A stretch of 64,000 bases of DNA from Tubiluchus corallicola (GCA_030141605.1 JAQGDQ010000231.1:62001-126000), one strand, 5' to 3'. Numbered from the stretch's first letter, positions 43,201 to 55,365 are shown. The notes: generated by a model not told the origin, from the sequence alone. Program-made: numbers and translations.

Positions 43201-46200
43201 TTGGTGTCATATTAACAATGCAATTCAAGATCAAAGGTTTAATTGCCTTCTAGTTGATCACACAGATGACATGATCATGTTGTCTATTCAGGGTCCTCGA
43301 AGGTTTGTGATGTATTTTCAATTTAAAGACGTCACCATATTTGCTTGTGAAATATAAACACTCCGGCTTGGCTTTGGCTAGTTCTGGATTCACTTATTAA
43401 AGACACATTTTCATATGTGTATGCACTTTTGTTTGATTGCCAATGATTCTGAGACCCACTCGAACACGTTATATATACATGTTGCCACAAAGCTTGCATA
43501 AATGTTTTAGTATTTCACTCTCTAAAAAGATGTTTCATCTAAACATGCAAGAAGCAGACACGTTCTGACTATTTTAAAAACCTGCAAAAAATGGGCAGCA
43601 TGCACAGCTTAATTTTTGATTAATTGACCCTTGAATTATAACAAACATCTCTCCAATGTTTGCTGCTGCTGTGGTAACTAAAGTTTGATTGGAAATTTCT
43701 TGTATTTAACAGATTTTGAATTGTAAGCTTTTTTGCGACTTAGTGTTGACTCTTTCCGAACTTATTTCCTGTTAAATGTGTTTTATATTTTATAATTTTA
43801 GCCGAGATGTTCTTCAGCCTATCTGTGATACAGAATTAACTAACGAAAACTTTCCTTTCTCAACGCATAAAGTGGTGAATGTAGCTGATTGTAAAGTTCG
43901 TGCTATGAGACTATCGTTTGTTGGAGAACTCGGTATTAATAACTTATTCATATTTGAAAAATGCTTGCTTAAATTCATATCATTGTATTCATATCATTGT
44001 TGATCATTTCAATGATGTTATAGATCTGTGACTAACACTAGCGCGACCTAATTTCCATTAGTTGTCTTACACATTTGCAGTGCTAAACAATAGGATGGTC
44101 TAAAGTTTTTTTAATCAATTGATGACAGTGTTAAAACCCAAAAGAGCATTTGCACATGGGAAATAAAACTAGTTTGTAGTATGACGCAAACAATGTGAGT
44201 TTTTTTATTGAGAACAACATTTTCCTAGTAACATTTTATGATCCAATATAGATCAGTGTTATCTAAAGATCCATTTTGTGCAGATTTCCTTGGTATTGAG
44301 AATTTTTGTAGCTAAAAATTTAATATTTGTTTTAATTCTTTCTATTTTAAATAAACTTTCGTAGTTCCAAGGAAAAAAGATACAAGATTTCTACAAAATT
44401 ATTTTCACTGTAATGCTGTTTAAGATGGTTCTGATTAATTAACAGTATGTGTATTTTGTTGCTTAAATAATATCCACCAATATTCTAATAAATCTGCAAT
44501 TTGTCAAAAGAGCATCGCGGACAGAAAATGGATTTGCTGTCGTGTAAAATGTTATCTGTGCCCTGCGGCAATTTCGAACAAGTTTTGCAATTCATTACGT
44601 GTCATGTGATCAGCCTATAGTAGATTCATAGAAGGCTTTATGTACAGTTGTTGTAGGAGTAACATTGTTGTTTGTAGAAATCGTTAAATGAAGTCATTTA
44701 CCTTTTCGTCTATGTCTGTCATTTACTTTACATGATACAAGGTTGGGAACTGCATGCACCTAATGAAGTAGCAACAACAGTTTACAGTGCTGTGATGAAA
44801 GAAGCTGAGAAGTATGGTGGTTGTAATGCTGGTTACCGAGCAATCGATTCTCTGAGTATAGAGAAAGGTGCCAATATAATGTCATTAAGAATTATTCTGT
44901 GCTACTGTACCAATATATGTTAAATTTATATAAGAGTCTTTTCCATCAATTCCGTTAACATTTCACTGTGTTAAGCTAATTTAAACTGATGATGATTTTA
45001 GTAAATTGCATTATCATTAATAAAAGCTGCTATTTATGTGTTCTATATAGAAAATTTATATAGAATCATGCACAATATTGTAATCAATATAATTAGATTA
45101 CATACTGGTAAAATTTGAATTTGTAGATGGTTAAGCCCTCTGATATCGTCGGGAATGCCTTTTATTACTCTAGTCGTTTTAGGACGTTTGGAAATATTTT
45201 TAGCTCACCATTTTGAAATCTTAAAACACTATAAGAAAAAACCAGAAAACTTGACAATGTTGACTTTTTAGAAACACAATATTTTATCCAATATGATTCA
45301 AAACATGTCGTTTGTTGGCCGATTCAGCTCCCTAAATCGTCTTAGTTTTTCCTGTTTGGGTTAACACTAAATTCCCATATTAGCACCTTTGTATTTTTAT
45401 TAAATGTAATAAACCAAATTTCTGTGTTTTTGTCAGAAATGTTAATCCGTTGTGTGAGCATTAAACTTTGTAGTTTTTAGCACTATGCTGATTTTATGAT
45501 GCTTCATTCACTTTTCTAGGATATAGGCATTGGCATGCTGATCTACGATTTGATGACACCCCTCTGGAAGCTGGACTGGCATTTACATGTAAACTGAAAA
45601 CTGACATTCCATTTCTTGGAAGGGAACCCGTGGAAAAACAAAAGCAAATGGGTCTGCACAAAAGAATAGCTTGTTTTACTATTGATGAGTAAGCATAGTT
45701 TTCTGAAATATTTTGCTTGTGGACGTTCCACCGGAACCTCAGCCTATGTATTGGACGATTGCGCCTTTTTTAAAACACTCAAAATGTGCTTGCTAATGTC
45801 TCAACGATGATTCCTAACATTCCAAACAAAAAATTGTTTCTTGTTACACAGTGTGGTGCATATGCAAAATTTCAAAAGATTTTATCATACGTTTGTTAGG
45901 CAAGATACCCCATTTTACAAATTTTGATAATGAGCTTTGGTTTTCTAGTCAGACAGAATGGTATTGCTATTATTAATTATAATACAAGTCTTACTGATTG
46001 TGTCGAAATAGATTGACAAACCAAGTTGAACTAAAGGTTATTAACTATGACCTTCTGAGACTTTCCATAGCCATAACAGTAAAAGAGGTTAGAATACTCT
46101 CAGGGTCTATTTCAGCCTAAGCGAGGCCCGGGGAATTGGGGGATGTGAGACCCCCTCAGGGGGGGTGCCCAGAAAATTTTTGAACTGCTAGAATGCCGGA

Positions 46201-49200
46201 GAAGCATTTTCGAAGAGAAAATATGGAGTTATACAGTTGTTAAAGGAAAGAACAATTGAAAGAAAAACTGCTTTATTCTCAAGACCAGTCCTTACTACTT
46301 GTCAAATAGTCAAATTAAAAACAACATCTTTGCAATATGTAATACCGTACTCTCACTTCCATACAAGCCAGTGTTAGAAATTCCAAAATTGAAAACAACT
46401 GAACATCGGCCCGAGCCGCACAAGGCAAACGGCGCTCGTACGGCAAGAGAAAAAGACAGAGAGAAGAGGCAGTATGTTCGCAGAAAGCAAAAAAAATTAC
46501 CTCGGCGTGAGGCCCCCCTGGAGGGTGAGGCCCATGGGAAGTATCCCCACTTCCCCCCACTTGAAATAGGGCCTGAATACTCTTTTCAGCTACTAAAGTC
46601 CGTAAGGGACAAATTTGTCTGAAGAAAAATAATGCATTTTTGAGACCTAAATGGCATTCTGACATTTTTTGTCTCTTATAGATATTCATCCTAGCCATGC
46701 CAGTAATCATGTTGGATAAGCATTTTTGGTTTTATGATACAAATAGGTCACAAAAAAGTTATAAATAGTACAAAATTCTGACAAAAAAACTTTCTACTTA
46801 TGTGTGTCAAAGACAGCAATTTTGTTACAAATCCACCGAGTGTTGAATTTTTTTTGAAGCATCTGAAGTAGTTCTAGTGCTTCCATGGAACGCCACAAGT
46901 TGTTTAGATTATGTGACACGTAGACACATGTAGATAAACATGAAGTTTTTTAGTCCTAATTACTGCCTAGTGTAAAAAGACATCGATGGTGTGGCGGATT
47001 GGCAGCAAATCTTATCACAGAGTGATTCAGTTAGTATTCTACTCAATATGATCACTGGTCGTCGAATCTAAGTGTGCTTCAAGCACTGATTATATAAGCA
47101 TTCTGCTAACCTTATAGGCATTGATTTTATGTTTTCCAATCACTAAAGTCATTTTCTTTTAGCCACTGATTAGATCTTTTAGCTACTGAAGGTAATAAAT
47201 ACACACTTAATTTGCTCATATTGCACAATGTTTCTGTTTGTCAGGCATGTAGCATTAAATGGTCTAGAAGCAATCTGGCGTGATGGTAAAGTAGTTGGCT
47301 ATATACGACGAGCTGATTATGCATTTACGTTAGGCAAATCTATAGGATATGGCTATGTTAAAAATCCAGATGGTGGAACAGTCACTCTAGATTTCTTACG
47401 GTATGTTGTGCAATATGCTTAGTAGCTTAATAACAATTCGTTTTGTAGATTATGAGACTTTCCATCCATTTTCTAAAGTACTTTAAAGCACTAAATTGTT
47501 TGTGGTGCATTAGCAACTTCTGAAATATAACCTGTCGGCCTCCTACAATTGTTTTTTGTTTTATTCCTTGCAGGATGCAGCCTATATATGGTGCGAACAC
47601 AACGAAAGCTTGTATAATCGCACTTATTATCAGCGCTTGTTGTTAGCGCTGATTATTATTATATTTTTGCAGCTAAAGCAGGTCATGGGAAAATATATGA
47701 GAAACCATTTCCAATTTCCAGCTGCACAAAATTCTCTCTATTTGTAACTGCAAACAGAAATTGTTTGACATGTTCCTAGTTGTTCGAATACTAATTGTTT
47801 CTTCAGTATTTGTATAAAAGAAGAAAAATGGTTGACCAACAATACACTTATATTATTTATCAGCGAGCTTCGTTCATTCTTTCATGTTTCGCTCATAAGC
47901 ATGGGAACAAGCACTTGAAACCTAGCATGAGCATCTGCTGTGTGTGGTTGTACGGGTTATCATAGAACGTTCTTGCTGCTTGTCTGCGCTTACAAGCGCT
48001 GGTATGTAACCCCCCTAAAACCAGCATTCGCTGTGTCCCTACCCTATGTTTAAAATATTATGGCAAAATATCACCGTTGCTGCAAAAAAGAGCAGCAACA
48101 TTTTTACTTTTTACCATGACATGCCTATTGAAAGACCTTTTTATGTTACCGGTAGTAAATAATTATGTGTAAAATTAATATAAAAATTTAAGACCTGTAA
48201 TACTTTTTATATGGACTAAACATAACGATTTTGTCACTGAAGCATGTCACTCATAGATTCATGGGTTTTTTCCGTAGAAGGCATTGCATAATGTTGTGTT
48301 ACGATTGTGGACTGTGGACTGAAGGTTTAACTGTACATGAGAAAAAAATCTTCACATGTTAAATAAATTTCAAATTAAAAATCAGTTAAACTATTCTGCA
48401 AGGTAACGATAAAATGTTAAGAATAGAGGATCTCGAAGATTTCAGCATATGAAGAGCACCCGTATTGCTGTTTGCCAGGAGGCAATTTTTAGCACGTTTA
48501 ACTATAAGAACTCCATGCAGCGTTAAGCAGATGTTTAACATTTAGAACGGTATATTATTTGCAGTTATACTTTTGTGATTAAAGGAACAATTATTAAATT
48601 AGTATAATTCGATACATTTATATTTGTAATTACGCTCTATGCGGTATGGCAGTATTATATGTAATTATTTTGTTGTTGTTATTTCAGCCTGATCATTGCT
48701 GCAATATCGTAAATAAACCACTTTGATCGATTCAGCAAAAACTTCCATAGTTATTTATGATCAGGCGGAAGAATGCCAATTGTTCAGTGCCCAATTACTG
48801 GCTGCAATTATGCAACAGAGGACTTGTCGGAGGCTATCGTTCTCGAACTCCTGCAAATACATCGTGGTAGTCACGCCACGAACACAGAGGCGGCACCACC
48901 CGCACATTCTGCTCCAACTGCGAAAATTGAAAAAGTGAAAAGGCCTACTGTATCTGCCGCCGGTACCAGCGAAGAATGGGCATATTTTACCACACGTTGG
49001 CAAGAATATGTAGATGCCACTGGTATCACTGGTAAAGACAGAGTAATTCAATTATTAGAATGTTGCGATGAAGCGTTACGCAAAGATCTCACTCGTTCTG
49101 CTGGTGGCAGTCTCAGTGGCAAAGCAGAAGATGTAGTTCTTAATGCTATCAAAAAGCTCGCTGTTCGCGTTGAGAACACCATGGTGGCTCGTGTAGCATT

Positions 49201-52200
49201 GCATGATATGCGACAAGACCATGAAGAACCTATCCGTGCATTCTGCGCCCGTCTACGAGGACAAGCCGGCATCTGCAATTATGAAGTGACATGTCCCGAG
49301 TGCGACACCAGTGTCAGCTATACCAACGAAATAATTCGTGACTGTATCACACGCGGCATTGCAGATCCAGAAATCCAACTGGACATTCTCGGCGACAAAA
49401 ATCAAGTCATGGATATCGAAGAATTATTAATGCTAATTGAAAGCAGAGAATCTGGAAAACGATCTGCTTCAAAACTCTTCGATACCCACAATGCTGAAGC
49501 AGTGCGTAGCTCATACAGACGAACAACAAGCAATCTAGCCAAAGATAAAACATCCGAACCATGCAGTCACTGCGGAAGACACGGTCATGGAAGTGGTTCT
49601 GATTTTAAATTACGACAGGACAAATGTCCAGCTTTCGGCAAAACCTGTACATATTGCAGTCGCAGAAACCATTTTGCTCCGGTATGTAGATCTAGAAATA
49701 AGCCAAAACATGCTGCTCCAGACCGTGACAGAGGTCGTGAACAATCCACCTCACTGGGTGAACAGGGAGCTGTGTTCGATACATTGTGTTCATTTACATC
49801 ACACGTACATGACAAAAATAGACGTCATACAGTTCCCCTTAGTCATCACCTATATGACCAGATGTGTAATAGTTGGCTACGCCAACCATCGAAGCCTCAA
49901 CCATTTGTTACACTGCGCATGTCAATAAACCCAAGCGACTACACAGCCCTTGGCTTTCGCTGTGGCAGACAACCAAATTCTTGTATAATTTCAGCAATTG
50001 CAGACACCGGATGCCAGAGTTGCTTGTGCAGCCTTAAAATGCTCACTCGCATAGGCATATCAGAGCAACATCTTATACCTGTCACCATGCGCATGCAAGC
50101 TGCTAATGATCGTGGAGTCAACATCCTTGGTGCTGCTATCCTAAGATTCACTGGTACATCTACGACTGGCAAACAACTGGAAACCAGGCAGATCGTATAT
50201 GTCACCGATACTTCAAACAAATTGTACATTAGCCGCGAAGCTTGTATTGCACTCGGAATGATCACAGAAAGCTTTCCAACGATTGGTGAGGTGTGCAACA
50301 CACTAGAGATATCATCATCAAACAGCACTTCATCTGAGACACATGACATATCAAAACCCCAACAAAACAGTAGTGGTTTGACATCTGAGTGCCACTGTCC
50401 ACGACGACAGCTGCGACCTACACCACCCTCCCAACTGCCATTTTCACCAACGCAAGAAAATTTGCCAAAACTGAGACAGTACCTCCTCGACACTTACAAG
50501 GCAAGCACATTCAACATATGTGAGCACCAACCTCTCCCACTTATGGAAGGGCCCCCTTTGAAACTCATGGTGAATTCTGATGCCACCCCCGTGGCACATC
50601 ACAACCCCATCCCAGTCGCCTTGCATTGGCAGAAACAAGTCAAAGCAGATATAGATCGTGACGTCCACCTAGGAGTCTTGGAACCTGTCCCCATTGGCGA
50701 ACCTGTCACTTGGTGCCATCGAATGATTGTATGCCCCAAGAAAAACGGCCAACCCCGCAGAACCGTTGACTTTCAAGCCCTAAATGCTCATGCCACAAGA
50801 GAAACCCACCACACCCAGTCACCATTTCTGCAGGCAAGATCTGTACCCCCAAACATGAAGAAAACAGTACTTGATGCCTGGAATGGCTACCACAGTGTCC
50901 CAATCCGTGCAGATGACCGCCATCTTACTACATTTATCACTCCGTGGGGCCGATATCGCTACAAAACAGCCCCTCAGGGTTACATTGCTTCGGGTGATGG
51001 TTACTCAAGACGCTATGACGAGATCGTGTCACACGTACCCCATCACACAAAATGTATTGATGACACACTCCTCTGGTCACCTACAATCAAAGAAAGCTTT
51101 TTCCAGGCAATAGAATGGCTTGACATATGTGGCCGTCATGGCATCACTCTTAATCCTGACAAGTTTATCTTTGCTGAAGACACAGTCGAATTTGCAGGAT
51201 TCGAAATTACACCCAATAGTGTCCGCCCTTGTCGGCGATATCTCCAAGCTATACTAGAATTTCCCACTCCAAAAAATATCACCGATGTTCGATCCTGGTT
51301 CGGCGTAATAAACCAAGTTAGTTATGCTTTCAGTATGGCTGACCGAATGCTTCCCTTCCGTGCACTCCTGAAACCCGGGACTCCATTCACATGGAATGCA
51401 CAACTAGATGAGATATTTAATGAATCCAAGGCACTCATTGTTCAGGAAATAGAAGACGGTGTTCGAATTTTCGATAAAACACGGCCGACATGCTTGGCCA
51501 CTGATTGGTCAAAATCAGGCATTGGCTTTTGGCTGCTGCAAAAACACTGCAAATGCCCCAAATCAACTCCTTTTTGTTGCCGTACTGGGTGGAAAATCGC
51601 TCTTGTGGGTAGCCGATTCACCACACCAGCAGAATCGCGATATGCCCCAGTCGAAGGTGAAGCCCTAGCAGTGGCAGATGCCCTTCAAAAAGCTAGGTAC
51701 TTCGTCCTGGGTTGTACAAACCTGACTATTGCAGTGGACCACAAACCATTGCTCAAGATCTTCAGCAACAGATCCCTTGATGACATGCCCAACCCTCGCC
51801 TTAGGAATCTGAAGGAAAAGACGCTCCGTTTCAAATTCCAGGTCATACATGTCCCTGGAGCAAAACATCGAGCTGCAGATGGCATCTCTCGACACCCGTC
51901 TTGCCCTGGCCATGCTGGTGATATGCCTCTGCCTGACGACATTGCCACAATTGGACAGGACACTAATATTACCTTGCCAAACCTACCTACTTTCTTTTTG
52001 GAAGGTATTCGTTGTCAGGAAACGCCTTCAGATTCCTTTGAGACATCCTTAATATGTTCAGCTGCCACAAAGCTTGCAAACTTCAAATCAGTGACATGGG
52101 ATATGGTCCGAGTTGCTACAACAAGTGACACCACCATGAACTTATTAAGAGACATCATAGAAACTAACATGCCAGAGGCACGTCAAGAGTTCCCAGCTCC

Positions 52201-54347
52201 AATACGTGAGTATTACCAGTTCAGGGAACACCTCCATACCATCGATGGTGTTATTCTTTATAAAGAGCGCATTGTTATTCCCCCATGCCTACGTGACACT
52301 GTGCTTTCATCACTCCATGCAGCACACCAAGGGGTCTCATCCATGATTTCTCGCGCAGAATCATCAGTATTCTGGCCAGGCATAACGACAGCCATATCGG
52401 CACTTCGAAGTCGTTGCCAAGAATGCAACCGTATTGCACCTTCACAACCTGCAGCACCGCCCGTTCCTCCAGTTATGCCAGTATACCCATTTCAGTGCAT
52501 CTGCGCTGACTTCTTTCATTACAAGGGCGTCTACTACCTCGTTGTTGTTGACCGTTATTCCAACTGGCCCATTGTCGAACGTTCTCCAATTGGGGCCACT
52601 GGTCTCATTGCCTGCCTCCGCCGAGTTTTTGTCACTTACGGCATTGCTGAAGAACTGGCCTCAGATGGTGGCCCAGAATTTATTTCATTCCAAACACGCC
52701 AGTTTTTTTCAGACTGGGGTGTCCATCATCGTCTCTCTTCAGTTGCCTTTCCTCACAGCAATTGCAGAGCCGAATTAGGTGTTAAGACCGTTAAGCGCAT
52801 GATTATGAATAATACTGGCCCCCAGTGAGACCTTGATACAGACTTGTTTCAACGAGCAATCCTGCAGTACAGAAACTGCCCAGACAGAGATACCAAGCTC
52901 TCACCTGCCCAGTGTCTGTTTGGCCGCCCTATACGAGATTTCATCCCTATAATACCCGGTCGCTACCAACCTCATAACACTTGGCAGGAATCACTACTAG
53001 CCCGAGAAGAAGCCTTGCGTAACAGACACATGAAAGCATCTGAACGGTGGACTGAACACACAAAACGCCTACCCCCACTAGTTGTTGGTGACAAGGTACA
53101 TTTACAAAACCAGACTGGTGATCATCCTACCAAATGGGACAAGTCTGGTATAGTCATTGAAGTCCGTCAGTATGACCAATATGTCATCAAGGTGGATGGC
53201 TCGGGCCGAGTAACACTTCGGAATAGACGGTTTCTTCGGAAATATGAACCAATTCATCCACCACGCCCCAGTATCTCTATTGATACTGACCTTGCTTACA
53301 ATGACAGATGCTTACCAGCTGAGAAACCTGCAACATCAGCCACTTTGCCACCTAAAACATACCAACGCCCTAATAATTCAACGTTACAGTCACCCAAACA
53401 CATGGATTTCAAACAAACAGATAAACCTGTTGGACCAGAGGACCCTCTCCCTAACCTCAGCACACCCTCACATATGCCACTAACTACCATACCAGACAAT
53501 CCCAAACCAGTTGATATGTCCATTGACTCCCCTTCGACTGCATCAGCTCCACCCAACCCAGTCATACCACTACGTCGTTCAACTCGGCAGAGGACAACTC
53601 CTGAGTGGCACAAAGACTTTGATATGTCTGGTAATTTGGTCAGTTATCAGTCTTCGACGTATGCTACCTCCGTCCAAGACTTAGGGGGGGATAGAGGATC
53701 TCGAAGATTTCAGCATATGAAGAGCACCCGTATTGCTGTTTGCCAGGAGGCAATTTTTAGCACGTTTAACTATAAGAACTCCATGCAGCGTTAAGCAGAT
53801 GTTTAACATTTAGAACGGTATATTATTTGCAGTTATACTTTTGTGATTAAAGGAACAATTATTAAATTAGTATAATTCGATACATTTATATTTGTACTTA
53901 CGCTCTATGCGGTATGGCAGTATTATATGTAATTATTTTGTTGTTGTTATTTCAGCCTGATCATTGCTGCAATATCGTAAATAAACCACTTTGATCGATT
54001 CAGCAAAAACTTCCATAGTTATTTAAAGAATTAGTAGATTACAGGGATCAATGGAAACTCACAAGATTCAGTAACATAAACATTCAATTAATTATTATAT
54101 GTACTTCTGCATGTATATTTGTTAGGAGAAACATACATTTTTGTATTTATAGTAAAATCGTTTTTTGAAACCAAAATTTCCTTTTTTGCTTCAATAGCAA
54201 GCTGTTATTGTATTGCACAAATTTTTGTCTTATTTCAGGTCTGGAGACTATGAATTGGAAAGCATGGGAACTCGTTATAAGGCAATATTACATACAAAGT
54301 CACCATTTGATCCAAAAAACTTACGAGTACAAGGCATTTACGAGTGA
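34298..54347 (+). CDS. SARDH: Sarcosine dehydrogenase, mitochondrial (19 coding exons, ~901 aa)
   Basis: Exons 34298-34414, 34813-34975, 36045-36223, 36657-36836, 37778-37901, 38260-38465, 39214-39343, 40066-40243, 40358-40499, 41293-41376, 41718-41831, 42254-42392, 42838-42948, 43155-43302, 43802-43932, 44742-44867, 45520-45688, 47245-47400, 54239-54347. All introns GT-AG; total 2706 nt. FAD motif VVIGGGSLG; covalent flavin His in [11 protein letters not shown] (SARDH-type rather than DMGDH); [11 protein letters not shown]; GcvT-like C-terminus [12 protein letters not shown]. Confidence 0.95.
39475..39526 (+). mobile_element. Decayed 5S rRNA-derived fragment (older SINE3-type copy) in SARDH intron
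   Basis: GAAGTTAAGCAACG...GGTTAGTA...GTGACCACTGAGAA aligns with the 5S internal control region at 818-871. Confidence 0.55.
40640..40867. repeat. ~230-bp foldback (inverted repeat, MITE-like) in SARDH intron
   Basis: TTGTCAGATTGT...TTATCCATTTAAATCTATC...TTTGCATTTT pairs with AAAATGCAAA...GATAGATTTAAATGGATAA...ACAATCTGGCAA. Confidence 0.8.
45716..46899. mobile_element. Putative TIR element hosting a hAT MITE
   Basis: CTTGTGGACGTTCCACCGGAA (45716) versus reverse complement CTTGTGGCGTTCCATGGAA (46899). No clear TSD. Confidence 0.45.
46101..46575. mobile_element. hAT-superfamily MITE
   Basis: TIRs CAGGGTCTATTTCA and CAGGCCCTATTTCA; perfect 8-bp TSD AATACTCT at 46093-46100 and 46576-46583. Confidence 0.85.
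48424..48757 (+). repeat. 5' LTR (TA...TA termini)
   Basis: Matches 53692-54025 except A48629/C53897. TATA-like 48653-48660, Inr-like TCAG 48684-48687, AATAAA 48712-48717. Confidence 0.95.
48758..48770 (+). promoter_or_regulatory. Primer-binding site, self-complementary to the LTR (non-tRNA)
   Basis: TGATCAGGCGGAA abuts the LTR end and pairs at 12 of 13 positions with TTCAGCCTGATCA at 48683-48695. Confidence 0.7.
48773..52828 (+). CDS. Gag-Pol polyprotein (Gag zinc knuckles, protease, RT, RNase H, integrase core)
   Basis: Knuckles CSHCGRHGH and [14 protein letters not shown]; protease ADTG; [10 protein letters not shown]...CIDD; RNase H LATDWS...[11 protein letters not shown]...VDHKPL; integrase HAAH..CQEC, ADFF, SDGG, SNCRAE. 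Ends at an in-frame TGA. Confidence 0.95.
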   Translation: MPIVQCPITGCNYATEDLSEAIVLELLQIHRGSHATNTEAAPPAHSAPTAKIEKVKRPTVSAAGTSEEWAYFTTRWQEYVDATGITGKDRVIQLLECCDEALRKDLTRSAGGSLSGKAEDVVLNAIKKLAVRVENTMVARVALHDMRQDHEEPIRAFCARLRGQAGICNYEVTCPECDTSVSYTNEIIRDCITRGIADPEIQLDILGDKNQVMDIEELLMLIESRESGKRSASKLFDTHNAEAVRSSYRRTTSNLAKDKTSEPCSHCGRHGHGSGSDFKLRQDKCPAFGKTCTYCSRRNHFAPVCRSRNKPKHAAPDRDRGREQSTSLGEQGAVFDTLCSFTSHVHDKNRRHTVPLSHHLYDQMCNSWLRQPSKPQPFVTLRMSINPSDYTALGFRCGRQPNSCIISAIADTGCQSCLCSLKMLTRIGISEQHLIPVTMRMQAANDRGVNILGAAILRFTGTSTTGKQLETRQIVYVTDTSNKLYISREACIALGMITESFPTIGEVCNTLEISSSNSTSSETHDISKPQQNSSGLTSECHCPRRQLRPTPPSQLPFSPTQENLPKLRQYLLDTYKASTFNICEHQPLPLMEGPPLKLMVNSDATPVAHHNPIPVALHWQKQVKADIDRDVHLGVLEPVPIGEPVTWCHRMIVCPKKNGQPRRTVDFQALNAHATRETHHTQSPFLQARSVPPNMKKTVLDAWNGYHSVPIRADDRHLTTFITPWGRYRYKTAPQGYIASGDGYSRRYDEIVSHVPHHTKCIDDTLLWSPTIKESFFQAIEWLDICGRHGITLNPDKFIFAEDTVEFAGFEITPNSVRPCRRYLQAILEFPTPKNITDVRSWFGVINQVSYAFSMADRMLPFRALLKPGTPFTWNAQLDEIFNESKALIVQEIEDGVRIFDKTRPTCLATDWSKSGIGFWLLQKHCKCPKSTPFCCRTGWKIALVGSRFTTPAESRYAPVEGEALAVADALQKARYFVLGCTNLTIAVDHKPLLKIFSNRSLDDMPNPRLRNLKEKTLRFKFQVIHVPGAKHRAADGISRHPSCPGHAGDMPLPDDIATIGQDTNITLPNLPTFFLEGIRCQETPSDSFETSLICSAATKLANFKSVTWDMVRVATTSDTTMNLLRDIIETNMPEARQEFPAPIREYYQFREHLHTIDGVILYKERIVIPPCLRDTVLSSLHAAHQGVSSMISRAESSVFWPGITTAISALRSRCQECNRIAPSQPAAPPVPPVMPVYPFQCICADFFHYKGVYYLVVVDRYSNWPIVERSPIGATGLIACLRRVFVTYGIAEELASDGGPEFISFQTRQFFSDWGVHHRLSSVAFPHSNCRAELGVKTVKRMIMNNTGPQ
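52829..53794 (+). pseudogene. In-frame continuation of Pol (integrase C-terminal part) beyond a premature TGA
   Basis: Same frame as 48773; ILQYRNCP...[22 protein letters not shown] and RRSTR motifs; runs through the PPT into the 3' LTR. Confidence 0.85.
53692..54025 (+). repeat. 3' LTR
   Basis: Direct repeat of 48424-48757, preceded by the PPT and followed by the TSD. Confidence 0.95.
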
Positions 54348-55313
54348 GACATTGCTGAATATTTGCAGAAGGCTAACATGTAGGTTAAGGTGTTACATTA
54401 ACGGCTAGAAGAATCATTCAATTTTCTTCAATGTTGGAATCGAATAAGATTGTAAAGAATGATAGCATTCGAGCCATGCTGGTTGTGAGTTTGGAGGAAT
54501 AAACTTCCAGCAATTTGTGGACTAATTCTATTGTATCCCATCATTTGCTCAATGTTCGTACGGCTAATGTGAGTCGTAGGTGCCATCCATGGTCAATTTG
54601 TCAGAGTCTACTGAGTCTGATTGAGTGACTTTATTCATGCTATGCAAGTGTTACCTAAATATGCAAGTGCCAAATGGCTCTTTTGGAGTAATTGGTTCAA
54701 AAATCTATTGTAATACTACTCATGTTGTTATTTTGCTTTAATTTAACTTTATACTCCATTTGTTAATAATAAATCAGTGAAAGTTTTTGCCCTAAATGTA
54801 GATTTCCTTGGTGCTGTTATAAATCTTGAACAGATAATTATTGATACGTTCTTTTGTGATTTTTTATCGTTGGATTATGAACATATTGTTTCTATTGCTG
54901 TTTGCTGTTTGTTTTATTGTTCTGGGCTAATAACCATATTCTTTTTTTAACAGAGATGATTTTAGTGTACGCTTTTTAACCAAAATATGATTGTTATAAA
55001 AAGTTTGACAGTGGTTTATATCTCACAAACGTTTGCAAACTAAATGAGATGTTACAGCTTTCATTGCTGACTGATGGATGTCTGATTAAATTTTTATCAT
55101 CCTAAACTGTTTTTCTTGTTTTGAAACCAGGATATTAGATAAACGTACATGAATTAGAACCTTAATTTCTGTAAATTTTATTTGTGCAGTTTGTTTGCTA
55201 TTTTTGGAAAATAGTATGATTGTTAATCGAAAGAAAATCATAAATTTGGTAGTTTTTTTGTTGTTGTGTGCTATAAAATGACTAACCTAATGTTGATAAT
55301 TATATAATATAAT

Positions 55314-55314
<1 letters not shown>

Positions 55315-55365
<51 letters not shown>
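55315..55365. repeat. (CA)n(TA)n microsatellite
   Basis: Compound dinucleotide run. Confidence 0.9.

Larger units (their letters stand above)
48424..54025 (+). mobile_element. Full-length Ty3/Gypsy LTR retrotransposon, 5602 bp
   Basis: Two 334-bp LTRs; TSD AAGAA at 48419-48423 and 54026-54030; single gag-pol frame in PR-RT-RH-IN order; PPT AGGGGGGGA at 53683-53691. Confidence 0.97.

Noticed and set aside
46299-46710. ORFs of 107 and 131 aa in a SARDH intron
   Set aside because: They overlap the hAT MITE and show no transposase or other motifs.
49048-53613. Antisense and alternate-frame ORFs inside the Gypsy element, or an env gene
   Set aside because: Short shadows of the gag-pol frame; there is no room for env before the PPT.
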